This document shows positions 39,451-50,186 of a stretch of 64,000 nt of DNA, in pieces; the first letter of the stretch is position 1; every line of letters begins with the position of its first letter. Where the stretch lies: positions 879 through 64,878 of the forward strand of contig JALEPO010000135.1 in NCBI GenBank assembly GCA_022768695.1, written 5' to 3'. The stretch comes from Clostridia bacterium (GTDB lineage: Bacteria; Bacillota; Clostridia; UBA1381). The translations under genes were made by a program, and so were the position numbers. Below the pieces are notes generated by a model. The model saw only the letters and a list, made by a program, of their open reading frames with translations, did not search any database and was not told the DNA's origin.

Positions 39451-40161
39451 ATGGAAATAGTAAAAATATGTCTGACATCAATAGGCTCACTTATTGCGTT
39501 GTTTATATCTACAAAGCTGATAGGCAACAAGCAGATGTCAGAGCTGAATATGTTTGATTATATAAACGGAATTACAATAGGTTCAATCGCGGCGGAAATG
39601 GCAACATCTCTTGACGGTGAATTTTACTATCCTCTCATATCCATTGGGATTTATACCACATCAATATTGATTATTGCATACATGACAGAGCATAAAGTGG
39701 GATTAAGGCGTTTTTTAAGCGGTACCGCTATTATTCTTATGCAGAACGGTAAAATATATCAGAAAAATTTTACTACGGCAAAAATTGATATAAATGAATT
39801 TTTAGCGCAATGCAGAATAAACGGATATTTTAATCTGGATGATATTGATACTGCTATACTTGAACAAAACGGAAAAATATCAATTTTACCAAAGGTATCC
39901 GCCAGACCTGTGAATACAAAGGATTTGAATTTGGCAGTTCCGGAGGAAAAAATATTTATAAATATAATTCTTGACGGAAATATTATGGAAGAAAATTTAA
40001 AGCGCAGCGGCAATAATATAGAGTGGCTGAAAAAAGAGCTGCAAAAGAAGAATATAAAAAATGAAAAAGAAGTTTTTGTTGCGTCATGCAATACAGCAGA
40101 CAACAGTCTTTCGGTATATGTTAAGTCAGACAATTCTTCATCGCAGGATGTATTTCAATAA
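39451..40161 (+). CDS. DUF421 membrane protein (YetF/YdfS-like)
   Basis: Resembles B. subtilis YetF along its whole length: N-terminal TM segments, FDYINGITIGS, ILEQNGKISILPK and IEWLKKELQKKNI. Confidence 0.8.
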   Translation: MEIVKICLTSIGSLIALFISTKLIGNKQMSELNMFDYINGITIGSIAAEMATSLDGEFYYPLISIGIYTTSILIIAYMTEHKVGLRRFLSGTAIILMQNGKIYQKNFTTAKIDINEFLAQCRINGYFNLDDIDTAILEQNGKISILPKVSARPVNTKDLNLAVPEEKIFINIILDGNIMEENLKRSGNNIEWLKKELQKKNIKNEKEVFVASCNTADNSLSVYVKSDNSSSQDVFQ

Positions 40162-40254
40162 GGCGCGTCAAGTAACCATTTAACGTTTCAAATGTATTAT
40201 TGCTAAAAAAGCAAGATGTCCCACGGTAGAGCAGGGGAAATCTTGCTTTTTTTG

Positions 40255-41103
40255 TTATAAATATTGCTTAATACATTCAATATTGCTTAATATATCCTTC
40301 ATATGCGGATAATCGCGTATGATGCGGTCAACACATCTTTTGCAGAAGTCGAAGCGAAGCTCAGGAATATCGCGCATCTGCTGTTTCATGCCCCATGTGT
40401 GTGTAAAATAATTTTCAGCATGAGTAAAAAGTCTGTTTAAATCTGAAAAGGCAGAATAATATAAATTCATTTTATCCGCGCACATGGGCAGCAGACGCTG
40501 TTCCGCAAACACCATATATTTCAGTGGGTCATTTGTATCGACTGCATTTTCCATAAAACGGATAGCCTCAGAGGTATAATAATCAATAAGCTCCTGATTC
40601 TTAAAGACGCAGAAAGCAGTGTTGCAGGCTTTCAGACTCCAGTTCCAGCTATCGTCAAAGGAATATCCGTTTTTCATTTGAAAGTAGGATTTATCAGGAT
40701 ATACGTCGCTGTATAAATCCTCAAAATGTATTGCTGTAACAGCAGGAAGATTATCAAATAAAATCTCATCCCATACAATAAAATCCGTGTCAATCATAGC
40801 GATTGGTGCAGATTGACTTCTTAGCGCGAAAAGCTTTCCGGCTGCCCAAAATACACCGGGATTTATATGTTCGGGAATGTGGTCGAGAGAGGTATTAATC
40901 TCTTTATTCCAGATTTTATCAATGCCGATTTCCTCATAAAATTTCTTTCCGACAGAATCGGTAATCATTTTAATATCCCCGTTTTTCTCCTGCCATTTAA
41001 GCGCTGAAAGAATTGTTGTAAGAAGCTCAAAATCCTCAACAGAATAGGGCATATCAGTGCGTAATGTATATGGTTTTGTCCAATTAATATGAATTGCATC
41101 CAT
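40255..41103 (-). CDS. DUF6734-like protein, putative DxD nucleotide-sugar transferase fold
   Basis: HINWTKPY, LSALKW, MITDSVG, FWAAGK and IAMIDTDFIVW follow a pattern I associate with DUF6734. No TM segment or signal peptide. Confidence 0.45.
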   Translation of the reverse strand: MDAIHINWTKPYTLRTDMPYSVEDFELLTTILSALKWQEKNGDIKMITDSVGKKFYEEIGIDKIWNKEINTSLDHIPEHINPGVFWAAGKLFALRSQSAPIAMIDTDFIVWDEILFDNLPAVTAIHFEDLYSDVYPDKSYFQMKNGYSFDDSWNWSLKACNTAFCVFKNQELIDYYTSEAIRFMENAVDTNDPLKYMVFAEQRLLPMCADKMNLYYSAFSDLNRLFTHAENYFTHTWGMKQQMRDIPELRFDFCKRCVDRIIRDYPHMKDILSNIECIKQYL

Positions 41104-41116
41104 AATATCATCCTTT

Positions 41117-41695
41117 CTAGATCAGGTGGATGCCGTAACCATTTACGGAAATTTCTGTTAATATATAATCATACATTTTTCTCTTGAAGCTTCGAATAAA
41201 AGACATAAACCTGAAGCTTGTGATAAAGCTAAAGCTTGAGCCTAAACGATAGCTTGAGGCATAAGAGCCGGCGAAGCTTGTTTTTAACCGATATTCATAC
41301 TTATAGCTTGTGACAAAGCTTGTAGAGAAGCTTGCTCTGTAGCTTGAGCTTAGACGATAGCTTGAAGAGTATGAGCCCATTTTATAGCTTGATATGTATG
41401 AACTGTTTTTATTATCGGAATTTTTTATAGAGGCAATCCCCACGGATTTGTTTTTTATATTAACAATCTTATGACGTCTTTTTGTTTTTGGTGTAAAATT
41501 AGTGCATATCACGCCATAGTTTTCAGGTATATCGTAATCAATTGAAGCGGTAATTCTGCCTATACCAATATAATGCATATTCGGTATGGAGGGTAGGATG
41601 AAATTATTATCGCACAAAGCGATTGATTTACACCCGCTGTCTATGGCTTTGTCTAATTCTGATTGTGTAAAAACTATTGTGTCTGTTAAAACCAT
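41117..41695 (-). CDS. Ser-Tyr/Phe repeat protein of unknown function
   Basis: Start trimmed to ATG (rc of 41693-41695), 6 nt after AGGAGGG. ~100-aa N-domain, then about 15 S-[YF] units (SSYISSYKMGSYSSSYRLSSSYRASFSTSFVTSYKYEYRLKTSFAGSYASSYRLGSSFSFITSFRFMSFIRSF), ending in VNGYGIHLI. Confidence 0.6.
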   Translation of the reverse strand: MVLTDTIVFTQSELDKAIDSGCKSIALCDNNFILPSIPNMHYIGIGRITASIDYDIPENYGVICTNFTPKTKRRHKIVNIKNKSVGIASIKNSDNKNSSYISSYKMGSYSSSYRLSSSYRASFSTSFVTSYKYEYRLKTSFAGSYASSYRLGSSFSFITSFRFMSFIRSFKRKMYDYILTEISVNGYGIHLI

Positions 41696-41766
41696 GGTTA
41701 TCCCTCCTAATATGATAAGTATAACATAAATCAAGTTGTGAAACAAGAAAAATGTTAATTTTTAAA

Positions 41767-42606
41767 TTAATATTTTTTCTGAAAGCGTTCCTCATATAGT
41801 TTATTTATTTCCGCGCCATACAAAAAGATATTCATACAGAAATAAAGCCATAGCATAAGAAAAACGAGAGCTGTCAGACTTCCGTACACATATGAATAAT
41901 TTGAAAACATTTCTATATAAATTGAATAGAAATATGAAAACAGCATCCAGCCTGCCGAGGCGCATAGCGCGCCGGGAAGCTGATATTTAAAGCTGTTGTT
42001 TCGCCGCGGCAGAAATTTATAAAATAATGCAAAGCAAAGTGTAAGGATAATTGTAAATATCAAAATTTTTGCGTTAATTATATACGATAGTATTTTAGAA
42101 AGAAAACCGAAATTTTCTAACATAATATCCTCAATTTTTGAACCAAAACCGAATACGACAATAGTTAAAAGCAGCGAGGCAATAAAAATCAGAGTGTATA
42201 ACACTGAGATAAATCTGCAATAAAAGTAGTTAGGCATTTTTTCGGGTTTAAAGACATTGTTAAGACCGAGATAAAGCGCCATAACTCCTTTAGATGCAAG
42301 CCAAAGCGTTGTAAAAGCCGTTACAGAAATTATTGGCGCAGAGGCTGTTTTGTTAAATAGCTCGTTCACTATTGTTGTCAAAAAATTTCCTATTGTTTCC
42401 GGTGCAAGCCTGTTTATAGCTGAAAGGATTGTCATTTGATCCATAGGAACAAAAAACTTTAAAAGTGTTAGCAGCAGCATTATAAAAGGTATTGCAGATA
42501 TTATTATAAAAAATGACGCTTGTGACGCATATGTGCTTATATTATCTTTAATAACAGCGTTTATGAAAGTTTTTGCTTTTCTTATAATTACATTTAACAG
42601 ATTCAT
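41767..42606 (-). CDS. YihY/BrkB-family membrane protein
   Basis: 279 aa with six TM segments. N-terminal ...DNISTYASQASFFIIISAIPF is typical of the family. Confidence 0.75.
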   Translation of the reverse strand: MNLLNVIIRKAKTFINAVIKDNISTYASQASFFIIISAIPFIMLLLTLLKFFVPMDQMTILSAINRLAPETIGNFLTTIVNELFNKTASAPIISVTAFTTLWLASKGVMALYLGLNNVFKPEKMPNYFYCRFISVLYTLIFIASLLLTIVVFGFGSKIEDIMLENFGFLSKILSYIINAKILIFTIILTLCFALFYKFLPRRNNSFKYQLPGALCASAGWMLFSYFYSIYIEMFSNYSYVYGSLTALVFLMLWLYFCMNIFLYGAEINKLYEERFQKKY

Positions 42607-42702
42607 AAAACGCCTCCTTGCTGTTTTATCAAAAGTTATAATACTATAGTAGTCTGATATACTATTACAGTAGTCCTGTCTGACTACTGTAATAGTATGA
42701 TA

Positions 42703-45111
42703 TTACATTCCGAAAAATTCATTTGCAAAATTAACTGAAGCCAGTGCGTCCCTGCAATATCTGTCAGCACCAATCATATCGGCATATTCCTGTGTAAGCA
42801 CTGCGCCGCCAACAAATATTTTCACATCCAGACCTTCTGCGCGAATTGCCTTTATTGTATCCTCCATGCTTACTACTGTGGTAGTCATAAGCGCGGAAAG
42901 ACCACATAAATGTATATCATTTTCCTTTAAAGCTTTAACTATTGTTTCAGGCGGAACATCCTTGCCTAAATCATATATGTCATATCCGTAATTTTCAAGA
43001 AGTACCTTTACAATATTCTTGCCTATATCATGTATATCACCTTTTACGGTGGCTATTACAATTTTTCCTTTGCTCTCCTGCTTAGTGCCGGAGGCTTCGA
43101 TATGCGCTTTAATTGCGTCAAATGAGTTTTTAACTGTTTCTGCGCTCATCATAAGCTGCGGCAAAAACATTGTTCCTGCTTCAAATTCTTTTCCTACCGC
43201 ATCAAGGGCGGGAATTAGAATGTTGTTTACAATATCCATTGGCTCTGAGGATTTTAATTGTTCAACAGTTTCACTGTAGGATTCTTCTTTTAATCCTTTT
43301 ATAATTATATCAAACAAAGCGTTTGTATTATTGCTTTTTTCAGGAGCAGAGTCTGTCCGTACAACTGATGTCTGCGCCTTTGTTCCGGCATACGCTGCAA
43401 CGTAATCCTTGCAGCTGTCATCAATGCAGGCAAGAGCGCGGTATGCGCGGTAGGTATTCATCATACTGTCGGCGCACGGATTTATAATACAAGCGTCCAG
43501 ACCGTTATAAAGAGCCAGTGCAAAAAAAGTACCGTTGACAATTTCACGTCTTGGTAATCCGAAGGATATATTGGAAACACCAAGAACGGTTTTAATTCCA
43601 AGATTTTCTTTTATCATTTTTAATGCTTTTATTGTTTCGGCGGATTCTGTCTGCTGAGCTGAAATTGTAAGCGTGAGCGCATCCATAACAAGATTTTTGC
43701 GTTTTATTCCGTATTTTTCAGCTTCCTTGGCGATATTTTCGGCTATTTCGTATCGGCCCTGAGCCGTTGCCGGTATTCCGTTTTCGTCAAGACACAGACC
43801 GACAAGCACACCGCCGTACTTTTGAACTATCGGGAAAATAGCTTTCATGCTTTCAGCCTTTCCGTTTACGGAATTTATCATCGGCTTGCCGTTGTAGATA
43901 CGCAAAGCACGTTCTACTGTTTGAGGGTCTGAGCTGTCTATCTGTAAAGGTAGGTTCACAGCGGAGGAAATTGCCTTAACTGCTTTTTCCATAGTTTCAC
44001 ACTCGTTAATTTCCGGTAAGCCCACATTAACGTCAAGGATATGAGCGCCGGCAGACTGCTGTGAAAACGCTTCGTTCAGTATATAGCCTATATCCTGATT
44101 ACGCAGAGCTTGCTGGAATTTCTTTTTTCCGGTCGGATTAATACGTTCTCCTATAATTACAGGTCGGTTATCAAGAAATACGGCTTTTGAATATGACGTA
44201 ACAATAGTGAAGTTTTTTTCTTCAACAACAGGTGTATACTTCGAGCATACTTCAATCATCGCCTTGATATGCTCCGGAGTTGTGCCGCAGCATCCGCCGA
44301 TAACACTTGCGCCCGTTGCGGCAATTTTTTCACATTCCTTTCCGAAGGCGGCAGGATCAACATCATATATGGTTTTGCCGTCTGAAATTTTGGGGAGTCC
44401 CGCATTAGGCTGTGCCATTATTGGTATTGAAGAAACCTTTGCCAGCTCCTCCATCATCTGTGAAATCTGTGCGGGACCAAGACCGCAGTTTATTCCGATA
44501 CAATCCACGCCTAAGGCTTCAAACATTGCCGACATTACAGTAACATCGGCGCCTGTAAGCGTCTTAAAGGATTCGTCAAATGTCATCGTGCAGAAAATCG
44601 GCAGTGAAGTGTTTTCCTTAACAGCCAGCACCGCCGCTTTAGCTTCGAGCGTATCGGACATTGTTTCGATAATAACAAGATCAGCGCCGCATTTTTCAGC
44701 AATAACGGCAGCTTTTGCAAAATTGTCGTAGCAATCATCAAATGAAAGATTGCCTAAAGGCTCCAGCAGCTTTCCGGTAGGTCCTATATCGAAAGCAACA
44801 AATCTTGGCTTGTCGGGTGTTGAATATGCATTAACAGCCTTACGCGCAATGCCGATTGCAGAAGCTATGATAACATCAAGACTTGTGGCTATAGCGTCCG
44901 ATTTAAGAGGATTTGCACCAAATGTGTTTGTGGTAATAATATCTGCGCCTGCCTGCAAATATTCCTCGTGTATTTTATATATAAGCGATTCGTTTGTTAT
45001 ATTAAGAAATTCGGGAATTTCTCCGCCCTTCATGCCGTTTTTCTGAAGCATAGTTCCCATTGCTCCGTCAAAAAACAGCATTCTTTTTCCTAAAATATCT
45101 CTAATGTTCAT
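42703..45111 (-). CDS. metH: Cobalamin-dependent methionine synthase (Hcy + pterin + B12 domains; no reactivation domain)
   Basis: S-methyltransferase domain (GGCCGTTPEHI), pterin-binding domain, and the B12-binding motif GDIHDIGKNIV. Confidence 0.9.
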   Translation of the reverse strand: MNIRDILGKRMLFFDGAMGTMLQKNGMKGGEIPEFLNITNESLIYKIHEEYLQAGADIITTNTFGANPLKSDAIATSLDVIIASAIGIARKAVNAYSTPDKPRFVAFDIGPTGKLLEPLGNLSFDDCYDNFAKAAVIAEKCGADLVIIETMSDTLEAKAAVLAVKENTSLPIFCTMTFDESFKTLTGADVTVMSAMFEALGVDCIGINCGLGPAQISQMMEELAKVSSIPIMAQPNAGLPKISDGKTIYDVDPAAFGKECEKIAATGASVIGGCCGTTPEHIKAMIEVCSKYTPVVEEKNFTIVTSYSKAVFLDNRPVIIGERINPTGKKKFQQALRNQDIGYILNEAFSQQSAGAHILDVNVGLPEINECETMEKAVKAISSAVNLPLQIDSSDPQTVERALRIYNGKPMINSVNGKAESMKAIFPIVQKYGGVLVGLCLDENGIPATAQGRYEIAENIAKEAEKYGIKRKNLVMDALTLTISAQQTESAETIKALKMIKENLGIKTVLGVSNISFGLPRREIVNGTFFALALYNGLDACIINPCADSMMNTYRAYRALACIDDSCKDYVAAYAGTKAQTSVVRTDSAPEKSNNTNALFDIIIKGLKEESYSETVEQLKSSEPMDIVNNILIPALDAVGKEFEAGTMFLPQLMMSAETVKNSFDAIKAHIEASGTKQESKGKIVIATVKGDIHDIGKNIVKVLLENYGYDIYDLGKDVPPETIVKALKENDIHLCGLSALMTTTVVSMEDTIKAIRAEGLDVKIFVGGAVLTQEYADMIGADRYCRDALASVNFANEFFGM

Positions 45112-45156
45112 ATATGAGTTCTCCTTTGAGATTAATTGCTCTGTCAGCTATATTTT

Positions 45157-45185
45157 ATTATAACCTATAATGAAATAAATTTCAA
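45157..45185 (-). promoter_or_regulatory. Candidate metH promoter (TTGAAA-17-TATAAT), short leader
   Basis: On the - strand: TTGAAA (rc of 45180-45185), a 17-nt spacer, and TATAAT (rc of 45157-45162). Confidence 0.5.
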
Positions 45186-45359
45186 TAAAAAAGACTAAGT
45201 TTTAAAATTGATGTAGTGTAAATAATTATTTGTATTTGATGAATATTATGTAACAAAAATGTAAGAAGTTACGCAAAACTAACAACCGCTTATTTGTGCG
45301 GGTTTTGGAAATAAAGAAAAAAATCATGAGTTTTATCACAATTTTTTTGAAAATTTTTA

Positions 45360-45388
45360 TTGCATATTCATGAAAAAAGTGATAAAAT
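45360..45388 (+). promoter_or_regulatory. Candidate gdhA promoter (TTGCAT-17-TAAAAT)
   Basis: TTGCAT at 45360-45365 and TAAAAT at 45383-45388. Confidence 0.45.
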
Positions 45389-45441
45389 ATTACTTAATGT
45401 TAACAGAGTATGCGGATTTAAAATACATAAACGTACTCTGA

Positions 45442-46827
<1,386 letters not shown>

Positions 46828-46849
46828 TCGTATATAATAGTGTAAAAAA

Positions 46850-46875
46850 GGTATTGCAGCTGCAATACCTTTTTT
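46850..46875 (+). terminator. gdhA terminator
   Basis: GGTATTGC-AGCT-GCAATACC followed by T5. Confidence 0.75.
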
Positions 46876-46888
46876 GTCTGCACGTTAA

Positions 46889-46921
46889 AAGGCTGAGCAA
46901 AATGCCCAGCCTTTATTTTTT
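46889..46921. terminator. Second, bidirectional hairpin serving convergent ilvE
   Basis: AAGGCTG pairs with CAGCCTT, with T-runs on both strands. Confidence 0.55.
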
Positions 46922-46955
46922 GTTATTTTCAAAACTCCAACAGCTTTATGCCTTA

Positions 46956-48023
46956 TTAATCAATTTTAACTGTCCAGCCGAAGTCGTCCTTAATCTTACC
47001 CCACTGGATACCTGTCAATGTATCGTAAAGCATCTGAGAAACCTCACCGATTTCGCCGTTATTAACAGGCATTACAAGGTCACCGTATTTTAATTCACCA
47101 ATTGGTGATATAACTGCTGCTGTGCCTGTGCCCCACGCTTCTTCAAGCTTGCCTGCCTTAAATGCTTCAACAAGTTCATCGATTGAAATTCTGCGTTCTG
47201 AAACCTTATAGCCCTTTGACTGCAATAATTCAATAATTGACATTCTTGTAATACCGCTCAGGATTGAACCTACAAGCGCCGGAGTTACAATTTCGCCGTC
47301 GATTTTGAAGAATACATTCATTGAACCAACTTCTTCTATGTATTTTCTTTCAACACCGTCAAGCCATAGAGTCTGGATATATCCCTGCTCGGCAGCCTCT
47401 TCCTGACCTTTAAGAGAAATAGCGTAGTTTGCGCCTGCCTTTGTAAAGCCTGTTCCGCCGACAACCGCACGAACATATTTTTCCTCAACATAGATTTTAA
47501 CCGGTGCGATACCCTGCGGATAATATGCGCCCACAGGTGAAAGAATTATTGCAAATATAAGGTGCTTTGCCGGATGAACGCCGATATGTACATCATTTGC
47601 AAAAATATACGGTCTTATATATAATGATGTGCCGTCCTGTGACGGAACCCAGTCCTCATCAACCTTAACAAGCGTTTTAATTGCCTCAATAGCAAATTCC
47701 TCATCAATTTTAGGAATACAAAGACGATCGCATGAAACGTTCATTCTTGCCATATTCTTTTCCGGGCGGAAAAGCTGAATAGAACCGTCTGATGTTCTGT
47801 AAGCCTTAAGACCTTCAAAAATTTCCTGCGCATAATGAAGAACCATAGATGCGGGATCTATTTCAAACGGACCGTATGGTACAATTCTTGCGTCATGCCA
47901 GCCCTGTCCCTCGTCATAGTTCATTATGAACATATGATCTGTATAATACTGACCGAAGCCAAGCTTTGACTGATCTGCCGGCTTTTGCTTCGGATTAGTT
48001 GTTCTGGTAATTTTGATTTCCAT
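46956..48023 (-). CDS. ilvE: Branched-chain amino acid aminotransferase
   Basis: 355 aa, class IV aminotransferase pattern (YIRP, GGTGFTKAGANY, EVGSMN). Confidence 0.9.
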   Translation of the reverse strand: MEIKITRTTNPKQKPADQSKLGFGQYYTDHMFIMNYDEGQGWHDARIVPYGPFEIDPASMVLHYAQEIFEGLKAYRTSDGSIQLFRPEKNMARMNVSCDRLCIPKIDEEFAIEAIKTLVKVDEDWVPSQDGTSLYIRPYIFANDVHIGVHPAKHLIFAIILSPVGAYYPQGIAPVKIYVEEKYVRAVVGGTGFTKAGANYAISLKGQEEAAEQGYIQTLWLDGVERKYIEEVGSMNVFFKIDGEIVTPALVGSILSGITRMSIIELLQSKGYKVSERRISIDELVEAFKAGKLEEAWGTGTAAVISPIGELKYGDLVMPVNNGEIGEVSQMLYDTLTGIQWGKIKDDFGWTVKID

Positions 48024-48080
48024 TTTTTACGCCCCTTTTTCTTATACATTTATTTTAACATCTTTATTACTGCACACTAT

Positions 48081-48109
48081 ATTATAGTCCTTTTTTTTAA
48101 AATTGTAAA
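48081..48109 (-). promoter_or_regulatory. Candidate ilvE promoter (TTTACA-17-TATAAT)
   Basis: On the - strand: TTTACA (rc of 48104-48109) and TATAAT (rc of 48081-48086). Confidence 0.45.
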
Positions 48110-48314
48110 GTAAAATCAAAAAAAATTTCATTTTTTTTTGAAAAAATCTCTATTTTTTGTGTTTTTATGCATTATATATACAGCATTAGCTGTTTTTGGC
48201 ATAAAACCGGCACTTTTTAGCCGGCTCTAACATTGTTTAACTGCAAAAACAGACAAAAAAAAGACCTATTTAGTGCTATATGTATCTAACACTAACAATT
48301 ATAAAGAAAAATAG

Positions 48315-48343
48315 TTGACATTTAGTGATTTCGCTGATAAAAT
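48315..48343 (+). promoter_or_regulatory. Candidate ilvBNC promoter (TTGACA-17-TAAAAT)
   Basis: TTGACA at 48315-48320 and TAAAAT at 48338-48343. Confidence 0.55.
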
Positions 48344-48359
48344 ATATTATTATATAAAT

Positions 48360-48440
48360 ATGCCTCAAACAGGCACAATTATCTTATCGATTGCCATACG
48401 CTTTCGGTATTTGCTCATCATTTATTATATTACAAAATGA
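48360..48440 (+). other. 26-codon Ile/Leu-rich upstream ORF in the ilvB leader (leader-peptide candidate)
   Basis: ATG 48360 ... TGA 48438-48440 encodes MPQTGTIILSIAIRFRYLLIIYYITK (7 Ile, 3 Leu). Its stop lies in the 3' arm of the hairpin 48415-48423 / 48435-48443. No SD is visible. Confidence 0.25.
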
Positions 48441-48511
48441 TGATAATACACTTATAAAAATATCAGGTGTGATTGATTATAAATACTAAAACGAAAAAGG
48501 AGGAGTTACCT

Positions 48512-50185
48512 TTGAAAATGACCGGTGCTGAAATGGTTGTTAAGACATTGGAAAAAAACGGCGTTAAGGTTGTATTCGGTTATCCCGGAGCTGCCAACTG
48601 TCCTATTATAGACAAGCTGTCTTTTTCTTCAATAAAGCATATTTTAACTCGTAACGAGCAGGGCGCGGCACATATGGCGTCAGGCTATGCGAGAGTAACT
48701 AAAAAAGCGGGTGTTTGTACTGCGACTTCCGGACCGGGTGCAACCAATCTTATTACAGGTATTGCAACTGCGTATATGGACTCAATTCCTATGATTGCTC
48801 TTACAGGTCAGGTTGGCACCAAGCTTATAGGAAAGGATGCTTTCCAGGAGGTCGATATTACGGGCGCGACACTTCCGTTTACAAAACATAATTATTTGAT
48901 TAAGGATGGAATGGATATTCCAAGAGTGGTAAATGAGGCTTTCCATATTGCCAATACAGGCAGACCGGGCCCTGTACTTATTGATTTTCCTATGGATATT
49001 CTTAAGCAGGAATTTGATTATCCGGATGATGAAGCTGATGCAAACATAAGAGGCTATAAGCTTATAGGAAAGGCTAATGAATCACAGATTAAAAAGGTTG
49101 CCGAGGCTATTAAGGCAGCTAAAAAGCCTGTTATTCTTGCAGGCGGCGGTATTGTTATTTCAGATGCCGTAAATGAATTCAGAAAATTTATCAAGGATAC
49201 AGATATTCCTGTTATTTCAACAATGATGGGTATAGGCGTACTGCCTTCAGATCATCCGCGTTATTACGGAATGATTGGTTCACACGGTGCAAAACGCGCC
49301 AACATGATTATGAACCGTTCTGATTTGCTTGTTGTAATGGGTTCAAGACTCGGCGACCGTTCAGTAGCAAACGCAAAGGGACTTGAGGAGGCTAAAAAGC
49401 TTGTTCATATTGACATTGACCCGGCTGAAATAGGAAAGAATATTCAGCCGTATATTCCTGTTGTAGGAGATATAAAGGATGTTCTTGACCAGCTTAATCC
49501 GCTTGTTAGAGATTATAAGGCAAGCAAGGAATGGACAGGCGAAACAGATGATCTTAAGGAGCGTTTCACAAACAAGCCGTTCTGCGAGGATAACGGATTT
49601 GTTAATCCGAAATATTTCTTGCAGGTGCTTTCAAAGAAAACAAATTCAGATGTCTACCTTTCAACAGAGGTTGGACAGAACCAGATTTGGTCAGCTAATT
49701 ATTTTAACTTTAAGGATCCGCGCTCACTTATAACATCAGGCGGATTTGGAACAATGGGCTATGGTCTGCCGGCGGCAATCGGTGCGTCTGTAGCTTCGGA
49801 AAATACACCGGTAATTGCTATTATGGGTGACGGAAGCTTCCAGATGGATTTGCCGGAAATGGGCACAATGTGTCAGTGGGATATTCCTGTTAAAATGGTA
49901 GTATTCAAAAATGACCGTCTTGGTATGGTGCATGAGCATCAGTATCTTCTGTATAAATCAAATTATCAGGCTGTAAGCATTGAGGGAAGTCCCGATTTTA
50001 ATAAGCTTGCTGACGCTTATGGAATTAAGAACGGCTTTGTAACGGAAAACAGCAAAATTGATGAAGCGATAGATGAAATGATGAATACAGAGGGCTCTTA
50101 TCTTCTTGTTGTAGGTGTCAATCCGTTTGAACCTACGGGAGATTCGCTGAATGAAACGGCACTGCCGAAGAAGGAGGATAATTAA
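48512..50185 (+). CDS. ilvB: Acetolactate synthase large subunit
   Basis: TPP enzyme motifs (GYPGAA, GPGATN, GGFGTMGYGLPAAIGA). Start taken as TTG 48512 (6 nt after GGAGGAG), but ATG 48518 is also possible. Confidence 0.9.
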   Translation: MKMTGAEMVVKTLEKNGVKVVFGYPGAANCPIIDKLSFSSIKHILTRNEQGAAHMASGYARVTKKAGVCTATSGPGATNLITGIATAYMDSIPMIALTGQVGTKLIGKDAFQEVDITGATLPFTKHNYLIKDGMDIPRVVNEAFHIANTGRPGPVLIDFPMDILKQEFDYPDDEADANIRGYKLIGKANESQIKKVAEAIKAAKKPVILAGGGIVISDAVNEFRKFIKDTDIPVISTMMGIGVLPSDHPRYYGMIGSHGAKRANMIMNRSDLLVVMGSRLGDRSVANAKGLEEAKKLVHIDIDPAEIGKNIQPYIPVVGDIKDVLDQLNPLVRDYKASKEWTGETDDLKERFTNKPFCEDNGFVNPKYFLQVLSKKTNSDVYLSTEVGQNQIWSANYFNFKDPRSLITSGGFGTMGYGLPAAIGASVASENTPVIAIMGDGSFQMDLPEMGTMCQWDIPVKMVVFKNDRLGMVHEHQYLLYKSNYQAVSIEGSPDFNKLADAYGIKNGFVTENSKIDEAIDEMMNTEGSYLLVVGVNPFEPTGDSLNETALPKKEDN

Positions 50186-50186
50186 G

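Noticed and set aside
45112-45156. An S-box (SAM-I) or cobalamin riboswitch upstream of metH. The same check was made for 53553-53800 upstream of metF.
   Set aside because: I found no S-box core (..TCTTATC.AGAG.GG..GAGGGA..GGCCC..) and no B12 box. The metH leader from the predicted promoter is only about 35 nt.
45278-45306. The hairpin AACCGC/GCGGGTT followed by TTTT on the plus strand, considered as a terminator or sRNA end between metH and gdhA.
   Set aside because: No upstream plus-strand transcription unit or promoter could be identified, and the stem is short. It is left unannotated.
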